Below are positions 20,269 through 30,127 of a DNA stretch of 64,000 bases, one piece after another (the first letter of the stretch is position 1; every line of letters starts with the position of its first letter). Below the pieces are notes generated by a model. It was not told the DNA's origin. It did no database searches and saw only the letters and a list, made by a program, of their open reading frames with translations. The translations under genes were made by a program, and so were the position numbers. This DNA comes from a virus. The stretch is from positions 1-64,000 of IMG/VR virus record IMGVR_UViG_3300032268_001411, one strand, 5' to 3'.

Positions 20269-20807
20269 AATATTTATTAGCTATACTTTTCTCTATCTCT
20301 ATTGGAGGGACATTATTTTCACAAAGAAGTTTAGAAATTGACACTATACCGGAAAAAATAGAACAATACCCGGCATGGTTCATACACAAAGGTGATACGG
20401 TTGGCTTAATTTTCACTGTAGAACAGGTTCAAAAGATAGATTCGGATATGGAACTACTTTCTTGGCTTGAAAAAAAAGGATTTACCTGCGACTCCACAAT
20501 ATCTGTTTATATCAAGGTTATTGATGAGTATAAAAAACAGGTAACAATTTTTGAGACAACTATTTCTGAGCTAAAAAATCAAATATCAGACAAGAATAGT
20601 CAAATCAACAATCTGAAAAAGACGGTTCAAAATTGGGAGAACGATTTTAAATTAGCCGAGGAAGAGATTTTAAAACTCAAAAGTGTAATCACGAATTCTA
20701 ATATAAGAATACTGAATCTAAAAACACAAAGAAATTTATCTATTGGTGGTGGAGTTTTAGTTGCTACTGCAGCTACATTAATTACATATTTTATATTAAT
20801 TAAGTAA
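20265..20807 (+). CDS. Signal peptide + coiled coil + C-terminal TM protein (possible lysis/spanin partner)
   Basis: MKYLLAILFSISIGGTLFS|Q signal-like start; C-terminal GGGVLVATAATLITYFILIK; ATGA overlap with the previous gene. Confidence 0.4.
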   Translation: MKYLLAILFSISIGGTLFSQRSLEIDTIPEKIEQYPAWFIHKGDTVGLIFTVEQVQKIDSDMELLSWLEKKGFTCDSTISVYIKVIDEYKKQVTIFETTISELKNQISDKNSQINNLKKTVQNWENDFKLAEEEILKLKSVITNSNIRILNLKTQRNLSIGGGVLVATAATLITYFILIK

Positions 20808-20859
20808 TTTTGAGTTTTAGAATATAATATATAGTATATAAAAATAAAAATTTTAGAAA

Positions 20860-21525
20860 ATGAAACACATTAGAAATTTCGAAGGTTATAAAAACAAAAG
20901 AAGAAGAGACGATATTATTAAAGAATCTGTTCTACAAGTTAATGATATTTACAAAGTTAGAACTATGATTGATATTCCTCAATCACTTATTAACTCTTAT
21001 GTTAAAAAAGTAAAAGAAACATCTGGAAAAAATTTACGTCAATATTTTGGTGATGTGGATATCGCTGAAGAAATTGTAAAATTCATTGCTATGACTCAGC
21101 TTGATTCAGAAAAGATACCCGCTAACGCACTATTAGGCGGACAATCTCAGGCACAATCACAATCTCAAGTACAAGTACAAACATCACAAACTCAGGGTCA
21201 AGCACAAACACAGACACAGGAAGAGGATGATTTCGAAGATGTACAATCTCAAGGACAAGGTCAAGGACAGGGTCAAGGACAAGGTCAAGGACAGGGTCAA
21301 GGACAAGGTCAAGGACAAGGTCAAGGACAGGGTCAAGGACAAGGTCAAGGACAAGGTCAAGGACAGGGTCAAGGACAGGGTCAAGGACAGGGTCAAGGAC
21401 AGGGTCAAGGACAGGGTCAAGGACAGGGTCAAGGACAGGGTCAAGGACAAGGTCAAGGACAGGGTCAAGGACAAGGTCAAGGACAAGCACAATCACAGGA
21501 ACTTCCAGAGGAAGAAGAAGATTAG
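20860..21525 (+). CDS. Leader-bearing protein with a long Gly-Gln tail
   Basis: MKHIRNFEGY...IIKES; about 39 GQ dipeptides. Confidence 0.75.
   Translation: MKHIRNFEGYKNKRRRDDIIKESVLQVNDIYKVRTMIDIPQSLINSYVKKVKETSGKNLRQYFGDVDIAEEIVKFIAMTQLDSEKIPANALLGGQSQAQSQSQVQVQTSQTQGQAQTQTQEEDDFEDVQSQGQGQGQGQGQGQGQGQGQGQGQGQGQGQGQGQGQGQGQGQGQGQGQGQGQGQGQGQGQGQGQGQGQGQGQGQGQGQGQAQSQELPEEEED
21253..21486 (+). repeat. 12-nt tandem repeat GGACARGGTCAA encoding (GQ)n
   Basis: Directly visible tandem array. Confidence 0.95.
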
Positions 21526-21545
21526 TAAAAAAAATTATAACATAT

Positions 21546-21577
21546 AAAAAAACACCGAATTTTCTCGGTGTTTTTTT
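21546..21577 (+). terminator. Intrinsic terminator
   Basis: aaaaaaacaccga...tcggtgttttttt. Confidence 0.8.
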
Positions 21578-21609
21578 ATTTTCAATATATTAAATTAATA
21601 TATAGACAT

Positions 21610-22227
21610 ATGAAATACCTAAGTCAATATAAAGATTTTGATAACGAGTCTATATTACTAATAATAGATGTTCAAAAAAGTTTTAGTGAATTCTTCACAG
21701 ATAATTACGTAAAGCAATTAAAAGAATATTGTAGGGATTTTGACAAAGTTTATCAGGTTTATGATAACCATGTAGAGGGTAAAAATCCAGATAAAGATTA
21801 TCTTTATAAAAAAAATCCCCCTTCTCCAGTAAATGGTGATATATATAAGTTCCCAAAACAAGTCGATATTATTGAAAAAAGATATCGATATGATGTCGAG
21901 ATAGATTTTTTCAAAAAAGAATTAAGTTCCTCTATGTATAAGGAGATTAAATCTCGTGAAGAAAAAAACGATATAAAAGTTGGTGAATTTTTTGAAACCA
22001 AGAATGGTACGATATTGGTTTTTATAAACAATAATCATAATTGGTTTGAATGTCCAGTTAAACTTTTTAACTTACTTCAAGAATGGAAAGGAAAACAAGT
22101 TGTTATTGTTGGTGGTGCTGATAGAGAATGCCTTACAGATGTTGAGGTTACAGCAAAATCTTTAGGAGTAAAAGTTAGAAGAAACGATAACTACATCTAT
22201 TCTGCTCAACATTGTCCTATTAAGTAA
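21610..22227 (+). CDS. Isochorismatase/nicotinamidase-like cysteine hydrolase with leader
   Basis: LLIIDVQKSF, DNH and VVIVGGADRECLTD (catalytic Asp...Cys pattern); leader MKYLSQYKDFDNES. Confidence 0.65.
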   Translation: MKYLSQYKDFDNESILLIIDVQKSFSEFFTDNYVKQLKEYCRDFDKVYQVYDNHVEGKNPDKDYLYKKNPPSPVNGDIYKFPKQVDIIEKRYRYDVEIDFFKKELSSSMYKEIKSREEKNDIKVGEFFETKNGTILVFINNNHNWFECPVKLFNLLQEWKGKQVVIVGGADRECLTDVEVTAKSLGVKVRRNDNYIYSAQHCPIK

Positions 22228-22606
22228 GTCTACCAAACTGAGAATAAACATCTACATCAGCAAATTTTAGATTGACAAACATAATATCTTGAAATCGCTC
22301 AGGATCCTGCACAAAAACAACATTTAAATTATAATTTATTTGAAAAAGTTCTGGGATGTATTGTTGAATTTGTTCGTTTATTTTTTCTTTAACAAATTCA
22401 GCAGATACTTTTGTTTGATATAGTAAATCTAAGAGGTTGGCGCCAAAGTTTGGATCACCAAGAACTTCGCCTTGGTTTGTAAAAAGCATTACCTCGTATT
22501 TTTGTATTATTACATTGATTAACTCACTCTCATTTATTTCACCAATTGTATACCTTGGATGTCCTCTATATAGTATATAAAAATCTGTAAAATCGAAAGC
22601 TGCCAT
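22220..22606 (-). CDS. gp25-like baseplate wedge protein
   Basis: MLFTNQGEVLGDPNFGANLLDLLY is the gp25/GPW motif. Confidence 0.8.
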   Translation of the reverse strand: MAAFDFTDFYILYRGHPRYTIGEINESELINVIIQKYEVMLFTNQGEVLGDPNFGANLLDLLYQTKVSAEFVKEKINEQIQQYIPELFQINYNLNVVFVQDPERFQDIMFVNLKFADVDVYSQFGRLT

Positions 22607-22652
22607 TTTAGGAAAATAAATAATTTAGTCTATATATTAAATTACTATCCTA

Positions 22653-23630
22653 TTAGATAAATAATTCTCTAATTTTTCCGATAAGTGAAATCGATAGCAC
22701 AGTTGGGTCTAAACAAGTAGATAACATATTACCATAATTTGTTACTATATGTGTAACTTCGAATAATCTTTCGATTTTTACTTTTCTATTTTCTATACAA
22801 TCTTCTACTAGTGGTTTACCCAAAAGAAAAAATATTTCATCGATTTTTTCAGCACCTAAATTATTTACAAAATGGTAAATATCCTCAAAAGTCTTAGAAT
22901 TTGTGAAAATCAAATCATATAGATCATTTTTCGTTTTTAAATTTATCGTATTGCTAGTCTCTAATAATTTACCAGTTAATCTGAAGTTATCTAATTCAAC
23001 TAGAATCGATCTAAAATCTGGAAATTTCTTATTAACTATCTTTACTACTTCTTCTTTATTAATTTCAATTGACTCTTTCGGTGCAATTTCCTTTATAATT
23101 TTTTTAGCTATTTCAGTTTTTAAATATTTTTCCTCTTCTAAGTTTTGACAATCGAAATTGACTTCAACTAATCTTGAGCGAATTCCTTGAGAAACCTTGT
23201 TTATATGATTTGTAGTGAAAATAAATCTGACATTTTTTGACGAATATTCTTCAATGTAGGCTTTGAGAGCATCTTGATATTGAATGGAAGTTCTTTCGAA
23301 CTCATCTAAGAAGACATATTTTATACTGTCTACATTAATTTGTTCTGTCAAATCAAACCCCATATAAACCTTGGAACAAAAATCATCAATTTTTGAACGC
23401 AAAGTATCTATTGAGGTGTAAAAAGAAGAGTTTATTTCGATATGTGGACAATTTTTTAAATATTTACCAATCAAAATTCTAGCCAGTGTAGTTTTTCCCG
23501 TACCAAAATGTCCATAAAGAATAACGTTTTGATTCAAACCTGATTTGAACACATCTTTTATTCTGGGTAATAAAATTATGTCATCTAAATTCTTTGGGCG
23601 CCATCTCTCTGATAGTAAAAGTTGTTTCAT
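22653..23630 (-). CDS. Sliding clamp loader AAA+ subunit (gp44/RFC-like)
   Basis: ERWRPKNLDDIIL, Walker A GHFGTGKTT, Walker B FLDEFE, RSR, FPDFR. Confidence 0.9.
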   Translation of the reverse strand: MKQLLLSERWRPKNLDDIILLPRIKDVFKSGLNQNVILYGHFGTGKTTLARILIGKYLKNCPHIEINSSFYTSIDTLRSKIDDFCSKVYMGFDLTEQINVDSIKYVFLDEFERTSIQYQDALKAYIEEYSSKNVRFIFTTNHINKVSQGIRSRLVEVNFDCQNLEEEKYLKTEIAKKIIKEIAPKESIEINKEEVVKIVNKKFPDFRSILVELDNFRLTGKLLETSNTINLKTKNDLYDLIFTNSKTFEDIYHFVNNLGAEKIDEIFFLLGKPLVEDCIENRKVKIERLFEVTHIVTNYGNMLSTCLDPTVLSISLIGKIRELFI

Positions 23631-23727
23631 GATAATTTTTTAGTTTATAATTAAATTATTGAAGGAAGTTCTTGAATAATTATATATACAAAAAGATTAA
23701 AAAATCTAAATTATTTTAAAAAAATTT

Positions 23728-24657
23728 ATGATAGGAGAAAAATTTAATTACCAAGATACCTTTTTTAGAGATTTAACTCTCTGCGTTTTAGACACTTTAG
23801 AGGGCGAAATTAGATGGGTGAATAGATTTTCTTCAGGTGATAGAGAAGTTAATGTTCCTTTTTATTATTCACTAACCGGTGACGAAAGATTTTTAATGGA
23901 CTCTTTCAATGACGACATAGTGAATAGCAACAGATTTGTTGATGTTAACACAGATCAGATACCAAGAGCTCACTTAACTATGACCGGATTCGACATTCGT
24001 TCCGATGAATTTTCTAATCCAAATGTTTGGTTAAGAATGGTTGTAGAAAATAACGACGAAATTAGAAGAGTTTTAGCCAAGATTAGAGCAGTTCCAGTAA
24101 CAGTAAAATATGATATGTCAATATTACTCTCTTCTGAGATTGATATCTTCAAATGTAATCAAGCTATAATGGATACACTTTGGTTATATAGGTTTATGTA
24201 TTTCGAATATAATTTCATGAATATTGATGCTGTTATGTTGATACCTGATGGGTCACAAGTAGAAATACAAAGAGAAAAAAGTCTAACATCTGATAACACT
24301 TTGAAGATAACTCTAAGCTTTGAAGTTCAAACTTACTATCCTGCTTTTAGAAAACCAAATTTGAGAGATTTACAATCTGGTCAATTTTTTGGTAACTACC
24401 CTTGGTCAAATGTAAATTCTTCTTTATCAAATAGATATAATGATAATGGAACACCAGGAACTAATGGTCCCAGTTCAACAGTGACAGGTCCGAATGGACA
24501 GCCACTAAGTAGTACATCAAATAATGATGGTAGAACAGACCTTATATTTTCACCTAAACGAACAAGATGGTATTTAAATTTACTTGAAGTTACCGGGAGA
24601 GGTACTGCAAGAGAAACTAACGAAAATAATGATAATGATATAAATTCACAAAATTGA
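23728..24657 (+). CDS. gp15-like tail terminator/sheath stabiliser
   Basis: VNVPFYY...ERFL...IPRAHL...AVPVTVKYDMSI pattern. Confidence 0.65.
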   Translation: MIGEKFNYQDTFFRDLTLCVLDTLEGEIRWVNRFSSGDREVNVPFYYSLTGDERFLMDSFNDDIVNSNRFVDVNTDQIPRAHLTMTGFDIRSDEFSNPNVWLRMVVENNDEIRRVLAKIRAVPVTVKYDMSILLSSEIDIFKCNQAIMDTLWLYRFMYFEYNFMNIDAVMLIPDGSQVEIQREKSLTSDNTLKITLSFEVQTYYPAFRKPNLRDLQSGQFFGNYPWSNVNSSLSNRYNDNGTPGTNGPSSTVTGPNGQPLSSTSNNDGRTDLIFSPKRTRWYLNLLEVTGRGTARETNENNDNDINSQN

Positions 24658-24744
24658 ATTTAATATATAGTAATAATAAATACAAAAAGTGAAAAAAATG
24701 ACTTTTTGTATATAATATATACATTAAAAATAATGATAGTTAAT

Positions 24745-26028
24745 ATGAAGAATCTCAAATTAGAGTTATTCAACTTTAGAAAAGGTTTATCGGTAGATCA
24801 AGAAGATATATCTGTTATTTTAGAAAGTCACTTACATGCTTGTAAAGATTACTCTGAAAAAACAATTATCGATTCACTTAATGAAAAGTTGAAAATTTAT
24901 ACTTTTGATAGAAGTATCAAGAAATTTTTAGAAAGTTTGAATAATGATGTATCAGAATATCAACTTATATATGAGCTAAAACATCTTTATAATGTTTTAA
25001 ATTCTAAAAATCAAGGTGAGGTTCTCAGACAACCAATCAATGTACTTTTACAAACAATAAATCTTGAATCAGATCAAGATAAAATGTCTAAAATCTTGAA
25101 TGAACTTGCGGTTTATGATTGGGTACCTGAAATCAAACTTTTTGTTTATAACTTAACAAAGTCACCACAACAAAAACAGAATCTACTCTCTGGTGGTAAA
25201 GCAGAAGCAGTTTACACAATTGTTGAAAGAGTAGAAAATGGTTATCTTTGTCATATCAAAGATTCTTGGTTCCTTTTAGCTGACAATACAATCGAAAAAA
25301 CTTTATTAGAAGCACACGTACCAGATGATCAAAAACTCAGAACACTAAGAACTTTAGAAACTGCTATGAAGTTTGCTTCTATTAACGAAGATAGAGTTAA
25401 TTTCAGAATTTCAGAAAATTTAACTATCGGACTTTCAGTAAATAAAAAAGGAGTTCTCTTCATCAATGATGACGAGATGAACAAAGAAACTACATTAGAA
25501 AGCCTTTTCGCTTCCCCAATTATTCCTATCGTTAACAAGAATTTTTATCCTGTTCTACTTGAAACATCAAACAATTTAAATAAAATCGTAGAACTAGACG
25601 TAGTAAAAAGAGTATCAAATTTAATCAATCCTTTCTTAGAAGCATTTGCATTTAATTATAAGAATAATTGTTATATGTATAGATGTGATTCAAGATATGG
25701 AAACAGCTTCTATAAATATGAGTCGGCGATACAATTGGTGAATGAAGCTAAAAATGAATTGAATTATGACCTTACTTATTTTTATGAAAATAAATTATCA
25801 AAAGAAGTAGTAACTAAAAGAAAATTAGAAGACAAAGAAAGAGAAATAACTATTAAATTAGAAGATGTAAATTTCAACATCGAAAAAGTAGAATCGTCAA
25901 TTAAATATATCGGTGAATCAAAAGCTTTATCAGTTGCTTTAGATAATCTTAAAAAGAGAAAGAAACATTTAGACAGTGAGATTATGGCAATCAAAGAATT
26001 ACAATATAAAGAAAGAACAAGACATTAA
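24745..26028 (+). CDS. Hypothetical late protein with C-terminal coiled coil
   Basis: Long ORF preceded by two TAATATATA motifs; ATG at 24745 chosen (alternative at 24733). Confidence 0.55.
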   Translation: MKNLKLELFNFRKGLSVDQEDISVILESHLHACKDYSEKTIIDSLNEKLKIYTFDRSIKKFLESLNNDVSEYQLIYELKHLYNVLNSKNQGEVLRQPINVLLQTINLESDQDKMSKILNELAVYDWVPEIKLFVYNLTKSPQQKQNLLSGGKAEAVYTIVERVENGYLCHIKDSWFLLADNTIEKTLLEAHVPDDQKLRTLRTLETAMKFASINEDRVNFRISENLTIGLSVNKKGVLFINDDEMNKETTLESLFASPIIPIVNKNFYPVLLETSNNLNKIVELDVVKRVSNLINPFLEAFAFNYKNNCYMYRCDSRYGNSFYKYESAIQLVNEAKNELNYDLTYFYENKLSKEVVTKRKLEDKEREITIKLEDVNFNIEKVESSIKYIGESKALSVALDNLKKRKKHLDSEIMAIKELQYKERTRH

Positions 26029-26031
26029 AAT

Positions 26032-26061
26032 AAAAGTCCTCAACTTAAGTTGAGGACTTTT
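26032..26061. terminator. Bidirectional terminator
   Basis: Perfect palindrome aaaagtcctcaacttaagttgaggactttt. Confidence 0.85.
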
Positions 26062-26701
26062 TTATAAATCCAATTTTTCTAAATTTCTTTCCCTAATTAG
26101 AAGTTTAAACTCAGAAATTAAATTATTTTTACTTGATGCTGCACCTATAGTTCTGAAATTCTCACCATCAAAAGTAACAAAGTATTTGATAGCTCTGAAG
26201 AAACCGAATTTAATAATATTTCTCTCGAATGGAATAACACAATCATCTATATTAATTTCTTCAATTGAAATAATTCTATCAGTATCTATATGAACTACTT
26301 TGTCTTTATATTGTAATAATAATCTATCATATAGAATTGAACAATATTCATAAATCAGAGCTACTACTGAATGATGTGATTTATTTGATGCAAATCTTCC
26401 ATATAATGAATTTATCTGAGTTCTTCTAATATCATACTCAGACTTATTAGTTTCTTTCAATCGCTCTCTATCCTCAAGAAAATATTTAATTATACTATAT
26501 TCATCTTCTACATCGATTAGACCTTCTTCATGTAATAAACAAATAATTCTTGGATATAATAAAGAAAAATCTAATTGATGTAAATTTTCTAATAATTTGT
26601 CTTGATGCTCAGAATTTATCCATTTATATCCACCAATGTAATAATGACCTTCTTTCAGAAAGTTCTGATAATCTTTCTCTTATTTCATTAGTTATTCTCA
26701 T
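26062..26701 (-). pseudogene. Minimal family-B DNA polymerase palm-like gene interrupted near its 5' end (+1 frameshift or early stop)
   Basis: Frame open from 26679 to 26062 encodes LDFSLLYPRII (motif A), RTQINSLYGRF (B) and HIDTDRII (C). The in-frame ATG at 26688 is followed by AAA TAA; ATG 26701 is out of frame by +1. Confidence 0.65.
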
Positions 26702-27059
26702 TGAAAACCTCAATTTTAGTATTTACTTCAATTAATTCCGACCAAGTTCCTTTATAAGTTGTTGCTTTTACTGGTCTATTATCTATCCAATGATAGACTT
26801 GTCCGTCTTTACATCTTGGTTTATCCATAACTAAGCCATGATATTTGAACCCCTTTTCTGATAGCCATTTCTCAGTAACTTCTCTATCTTTTGATTCACG
26901 AGCGGTAAAAAAAGTAATAACATTACCCTCATCATACCACTTATTCAATATAAGTCTACTTTCTTCAAAGTGATTTGCTGTTGCATATAAATGACTATCT
27001 TCATTTCTTATATCGTCACAAATCGTACCATCACAATCAATCAAAAATATTTTATTCAT
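26688..27059 (-). CDS. HAD-superfamily phosphatase
   Basis: FLIDCDGTIC, FFTAR, MDKPR, WIDN. Confidence 0.85.
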   Translation of the reverse strand: MNKIFLIDCDGTICDDIRNEDSHLYATANHFEESRLILNKWYDEGNVITFFTARESKDREVTEKWLSEKGFKYHGLVMDKPRCKDGQVYHWIDNRPVKATTYKGTWSELIEVNTKIEVFNENN

Positions 27060-27100
27060 TAATTTATTTTTTCAATTATATAATTTAGATTGAATCAGGT

Positions 27101-28888
27101 TTATCTTTTGAATACCCATTTTTCTTGACCACAAGAATAAACTCTGTAATAACCAATCTCTTGTAAAATTTGCGATTCTGATTTATTTTTATCATATCCC
27201 ATTTTAATCAATCTTTTCTTATTAAAATTGAATCTATGTTTTCTTATACCATCAACTATCCAAAAATAATTAGGTTTAGAAAGACTCACTTTTTTGAAAC
27301 CCAATTTCTGATATAAGTTACCACTGAATAATGATATGTCAGAATAAGAAATTATCTCATTCACTTCATAGTTTTTAAGAAAGTGTGAAAATAATTTAGA
27401 GGCAGCACCAATTACATTATAATTTATCCTATTGCAAAATCTAATTAGCTCATATTCCCTTTTAGAGTTTGTAAACCTCCAACCAAATGTCATTAGACTA
27501 ACTAATTCATTATTAAAGTATAACCCAAGTTTAAGTTGAGAAGGACTTGAGCCTTGTATATGATTACTATTTAGAAATTGTGAAGAATCATTAGAATCTA
27601 CTAACTTTATCTCACATTTCCTAGCATAAATTTTATTATCTAGGAGATTTAATTTGTTTAAGATTATTGATTTAGTTATATCCCTTTTATATTTCCAATC
27701 GTCTTCCCAAATATGCAGAAGATGTATATCTTTTTCTTTACATTTAAATGTCTTATCTCTATGATAATATTTATCTAAATAAATTTCTGAGTGCCAATAA
27801 ACACCATTCATTTCAATAGCCAATTTATAATCAGGTAAATAAATGTCTAATTCTTTACCTTCTAAAATACTCCTATCTTTTTTATTGTAGCTTAAATTCA
27901 ATGAATTTAAAAAATCTTGTATCTCTAATTCCATATTTGAGTGTCCAAGGTTAATGTCTAAACATTTTGTACATATACAAATTTTCAAATTGTGTCTTGA
28001 ATATAGTAAATCTCTATTAATTTTGAAATTACGGCTACACTCTTTATGGAATATTTCAAAATTTGAGTTCCGATAATCAATAATCTCAAAACCTTCACCT
28101 ATCAAGTTTTCATATCTTAACTTGGTAAGATTCTCTCTATTATTTCTTAGTTTATTCTTAAATTCTTCTGTTTTTGAATAGTGTTCTACACCCCAATTTT
28201 CGATAGAAGTTTCCTTGACTTTCTCTCTATATTCTAATGACTGAGAGTAATTATCTACACCCCATCTACTTTGAGATATTTCTTTGATTTTAGATTTGAA
28301 TTCTGTTGTTTGTGAATATCTTTTCACACCATAGTTATCCAAAAAAGACTTAGTAGTCTTTTCTTTTATGTCTATATTTTGTTGTGGATACTCTACACCA
28401 AACTTTTCTAAATTTGATTTTTTAATTTTTTCTTTGTGTGTTGTAGATTTGAAAGTATTATCTACACCGAAGTTTTTTAGACATGTATTCTTATATTTCT
28501 CTTTGAATTCTTCAGTTTTTGAAAAATGATCGACACCATAGGTATCCAACAGACTATTTTTAAGTTTATCTTTTATTTCTTCTGATTGCATTGGGTTTTC
28601 AACACCCCATTTTTCTAAACAGGTTTCCTTACGTTTGATATTATTACATTTGTTACAAAAGTATTTTTCTTTTAAACCCTCTGTATATTCATAGTAGAAT
28701 CTGAATTCATTGCTCTTTTCCACACCGCAATTATCACATATTGATGTGATAATTGTGGTAGATCCGGGCATTAAATCTTCAATTTTTACCTGTATTGGTT
28801 TTTTGAATTGTATATCATATCCCTTTCTTTTGAAATGTTCAAAATTAGTCCTATGACCCCTAATTTCTATATAGATTTCTTTTATCAT
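27101..28888 (-). CDS. Hef-like endonuclease + Mom-like GNAT fusion
   Basis: Multiple KWGVENP/KFGVEYP repeats; ELDIYLPDYKLAIEMNGVYWHSE; YARKCE...ELIRFC...IISYSD. Confidence 0.75.
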   Translation of the reverse strand: MIKEIYIEIRGHRTNFEHFKRKGYDIQFKKPIQVKIEDLMPGSTTIITSICDNCGVEKSNEFRFYYEYTEGLKEKYFCNKCNNIKRKETCLEKWGVENPMQSEEIKDKLKNSLLDTYGVDHFSKTEEFKEKYKNTCLKNFGVDNTFKSTTHKEKIKKSNLEKFGVEYPQQNIDIKEKTTKSFLDNYGVKRYSQTTEFKSKIKEISQSRWGVDNYSQSLEYREKVKETSIENWGVEHYSKTEEFKNKLRNNRENLTKLRYENLIGEGFEIIDYRNSNFEIFHKECSRNFKINRDLLYSRHNLKICICTKCLDINLGHSNMELEIQDFLNSLNLSYNKKDRSILEGKELDIYLPDYKLAIEMNGVYWHSEIYLDKYYHRDKTFKCKEKDIHLLHIWEDDWKYKRDITKSIILNKLNLLDNKIYARKCEIKLVDSNDSSQFLNSNHIQGSSPSQLKLGLYFNNELVSLMTFGWRFTNSKREYELIRFCNRINYNVIGAASKLFSHFLKNYEVNEIISYSDISLFSGNLYQKLGFKKVSLSKPNYFWIVDGIRKHRFNFNKKRLIKMGYDKNKSESQILQEIGYYRVYSCGQEKWVFKR

Positions 28889-28927
28889 ATAATCTATATA
28901 TTAGAATTTCAAACGAAGTTTTGCCAA

Positions 28928-29293
28928 TTAAATAGAATGTAAACCCTGTCCATCATTCGAACTCTCAATAGAAATAAGGCGAATAAGATGTTCAGCATCG
29001 CCTTTTTTCTTATATAAGTCGTTGTAACCCTTTGCTAATCCCCTCTTGAATATCTCTGTGAAGTAAGCGAAAGCGTTGTCAGATTTTTCTTCATTAAAGT
29101 TGTACCAGCTTGAGAACATATGTAAGAGACCGGTTTGATAGCAATCCATTCTATCATCGTTATTATAGTATCTCATTTTCTTGATTGTTCTTTTGGCTAA
29201 AATTTCAAGCATCAATTTTGATTTATTGGTAAGTTTACCTTGAGCTTTACTGATTATTATTTCGACATATAAGTCTTTATTATGTAAGTAGAT
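28928..29293 (-). CDS. gp55-like late-transcription sigma factor (start uncertain)
   Basis: YLHNKDLYVEII...DDRMDC...YNFNEEKSDNAFAYFTEI matches gp55 motifs. The conserved N-terminus lies upstream of the track's TTG and begins at ATC 29293. Confidence 0.75.
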   Translation of the reverse strand: MYLHNKDLYVEIIISKAQGKLTNKSKLMLEILAKRTIKKMRYYNNDDRMDCYQTGLLHMFSSWYNFNEEKSDNAFAYFTEIFKRGLAKGYNDLYKKKGDAEHLIRLISIESSNDGQGLHSI

Positions 29294-29389
29294 AAGGTTA
29301 AAATTATTTTTTATAGGAAAATTTAAATCCTTTTTCTTTCATGTTATATCGTACATTTTTTATTTGTTTATCTTTGTTTTAAAAATTTA

Positions 29390-29397
29390 TATATTTG
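29390..29397 (+). promoter_or_regulatory. Bacteroidota-type -7 promoter element (TAnnTTTG)
   Basis: TATATTTG upstream of ORF 29467, with TTTG boxes further upstream. Confidence 0.45.
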
Positions 29398-29466
29398 TAA
29401 AAATATCTTTTTAAGATTACAACCTTTCGTTGATTTATAAATATTACTTTTACTAAATTTAAATAT

Positions 29467-29784
29467 ATGAAAAAAGTTTTTGCACAAATTTGGGAAGAAT
29501 CTGAACTAGGGCAGGGCACAAAAGAAGATGGGATATCACTACATTTAACATTCGATAATGCTAAAAATTACATTAAATCTGTTTACAAAGATAGAGATTC
29601 TGTAGAAGTACCCAATTCATACGAAAGAGTTGTTGGTGAAATAATTGAAATCAAGATTTCGAATTCACTATACAAAGAATTAAATAAAACTAAATTGGGA
29701 ATTAGGATTCCACAGCATTCCTTAACGAATCTTAAAAATTTGGGAGAGATAAAATTTATTTATGATGACAATCTTTACTACTAG
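29467..29784 (+). CDS. Hypothetical protein
   Basis: 105-aa ORF containing WEESELGQGTKEDGISLH. Confidence 0.6.
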   Translation: MKKVFAQIWEESELGQGTKEDGISLHLTFDNAKNYIKSVYKDRDSVEVPNSYERVVGEIIEIKISNSLYKELNKTKLGIRIPQHSLTNLKNLGEIKFIYDDNLYY

Positions 29785-30127
29785 TCTTTTTAATCTATTA
29801 ATCCTACTTTTTATTTGGGTTGAAATATTTGGATTCCTTAATAGGGGTAGAGTTTATAGAAAATTTGATTTTCAAGAAATTGAAAATTATAATCCAAAAC
29901 TCTACCTGTTTTTTTACGCTTCAAAAATTACATATTTAATTTTTATACTAATAGGGTTCTTCACAAACTATTACATCTATTCTATTATACTTTTCTCTTT
30001 AGGATTTTTCAGATATTTTGCCATTAGGACAAAAAAGAATATCCTTATAAATCTTTATGATTTTTTGAATCCATTTATCAGTAGTATAATACTGATTATT
30101 ATTTTGTGCCAAGAATTTTTTCGGTAA
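29762..30127 (+). CDS. Small multi-pass membrane protein
   Basis: Three to four hydrophobic segments. Confidence 0.55.
   Translation: MMTIFTTSLFNLLILLFIWVEIFGFLNRGRVYRKFDFQEIENYNPKLYLFFYASKITYLIFILIGFFTNYYIYSIILFSLGFFRYFAIRTKKNILINLYDFLNPFISSIILIIILCQEFFR

Noticed and set aside
21122-21547. Alternative-frame ORFs (VLDP)n, (LSLT)n, (KVKD)n
   Set aside because: By-products of the stop-free 12-nt repeat; only the GQ frame has unique flanking coding sequence and a promoter motif.
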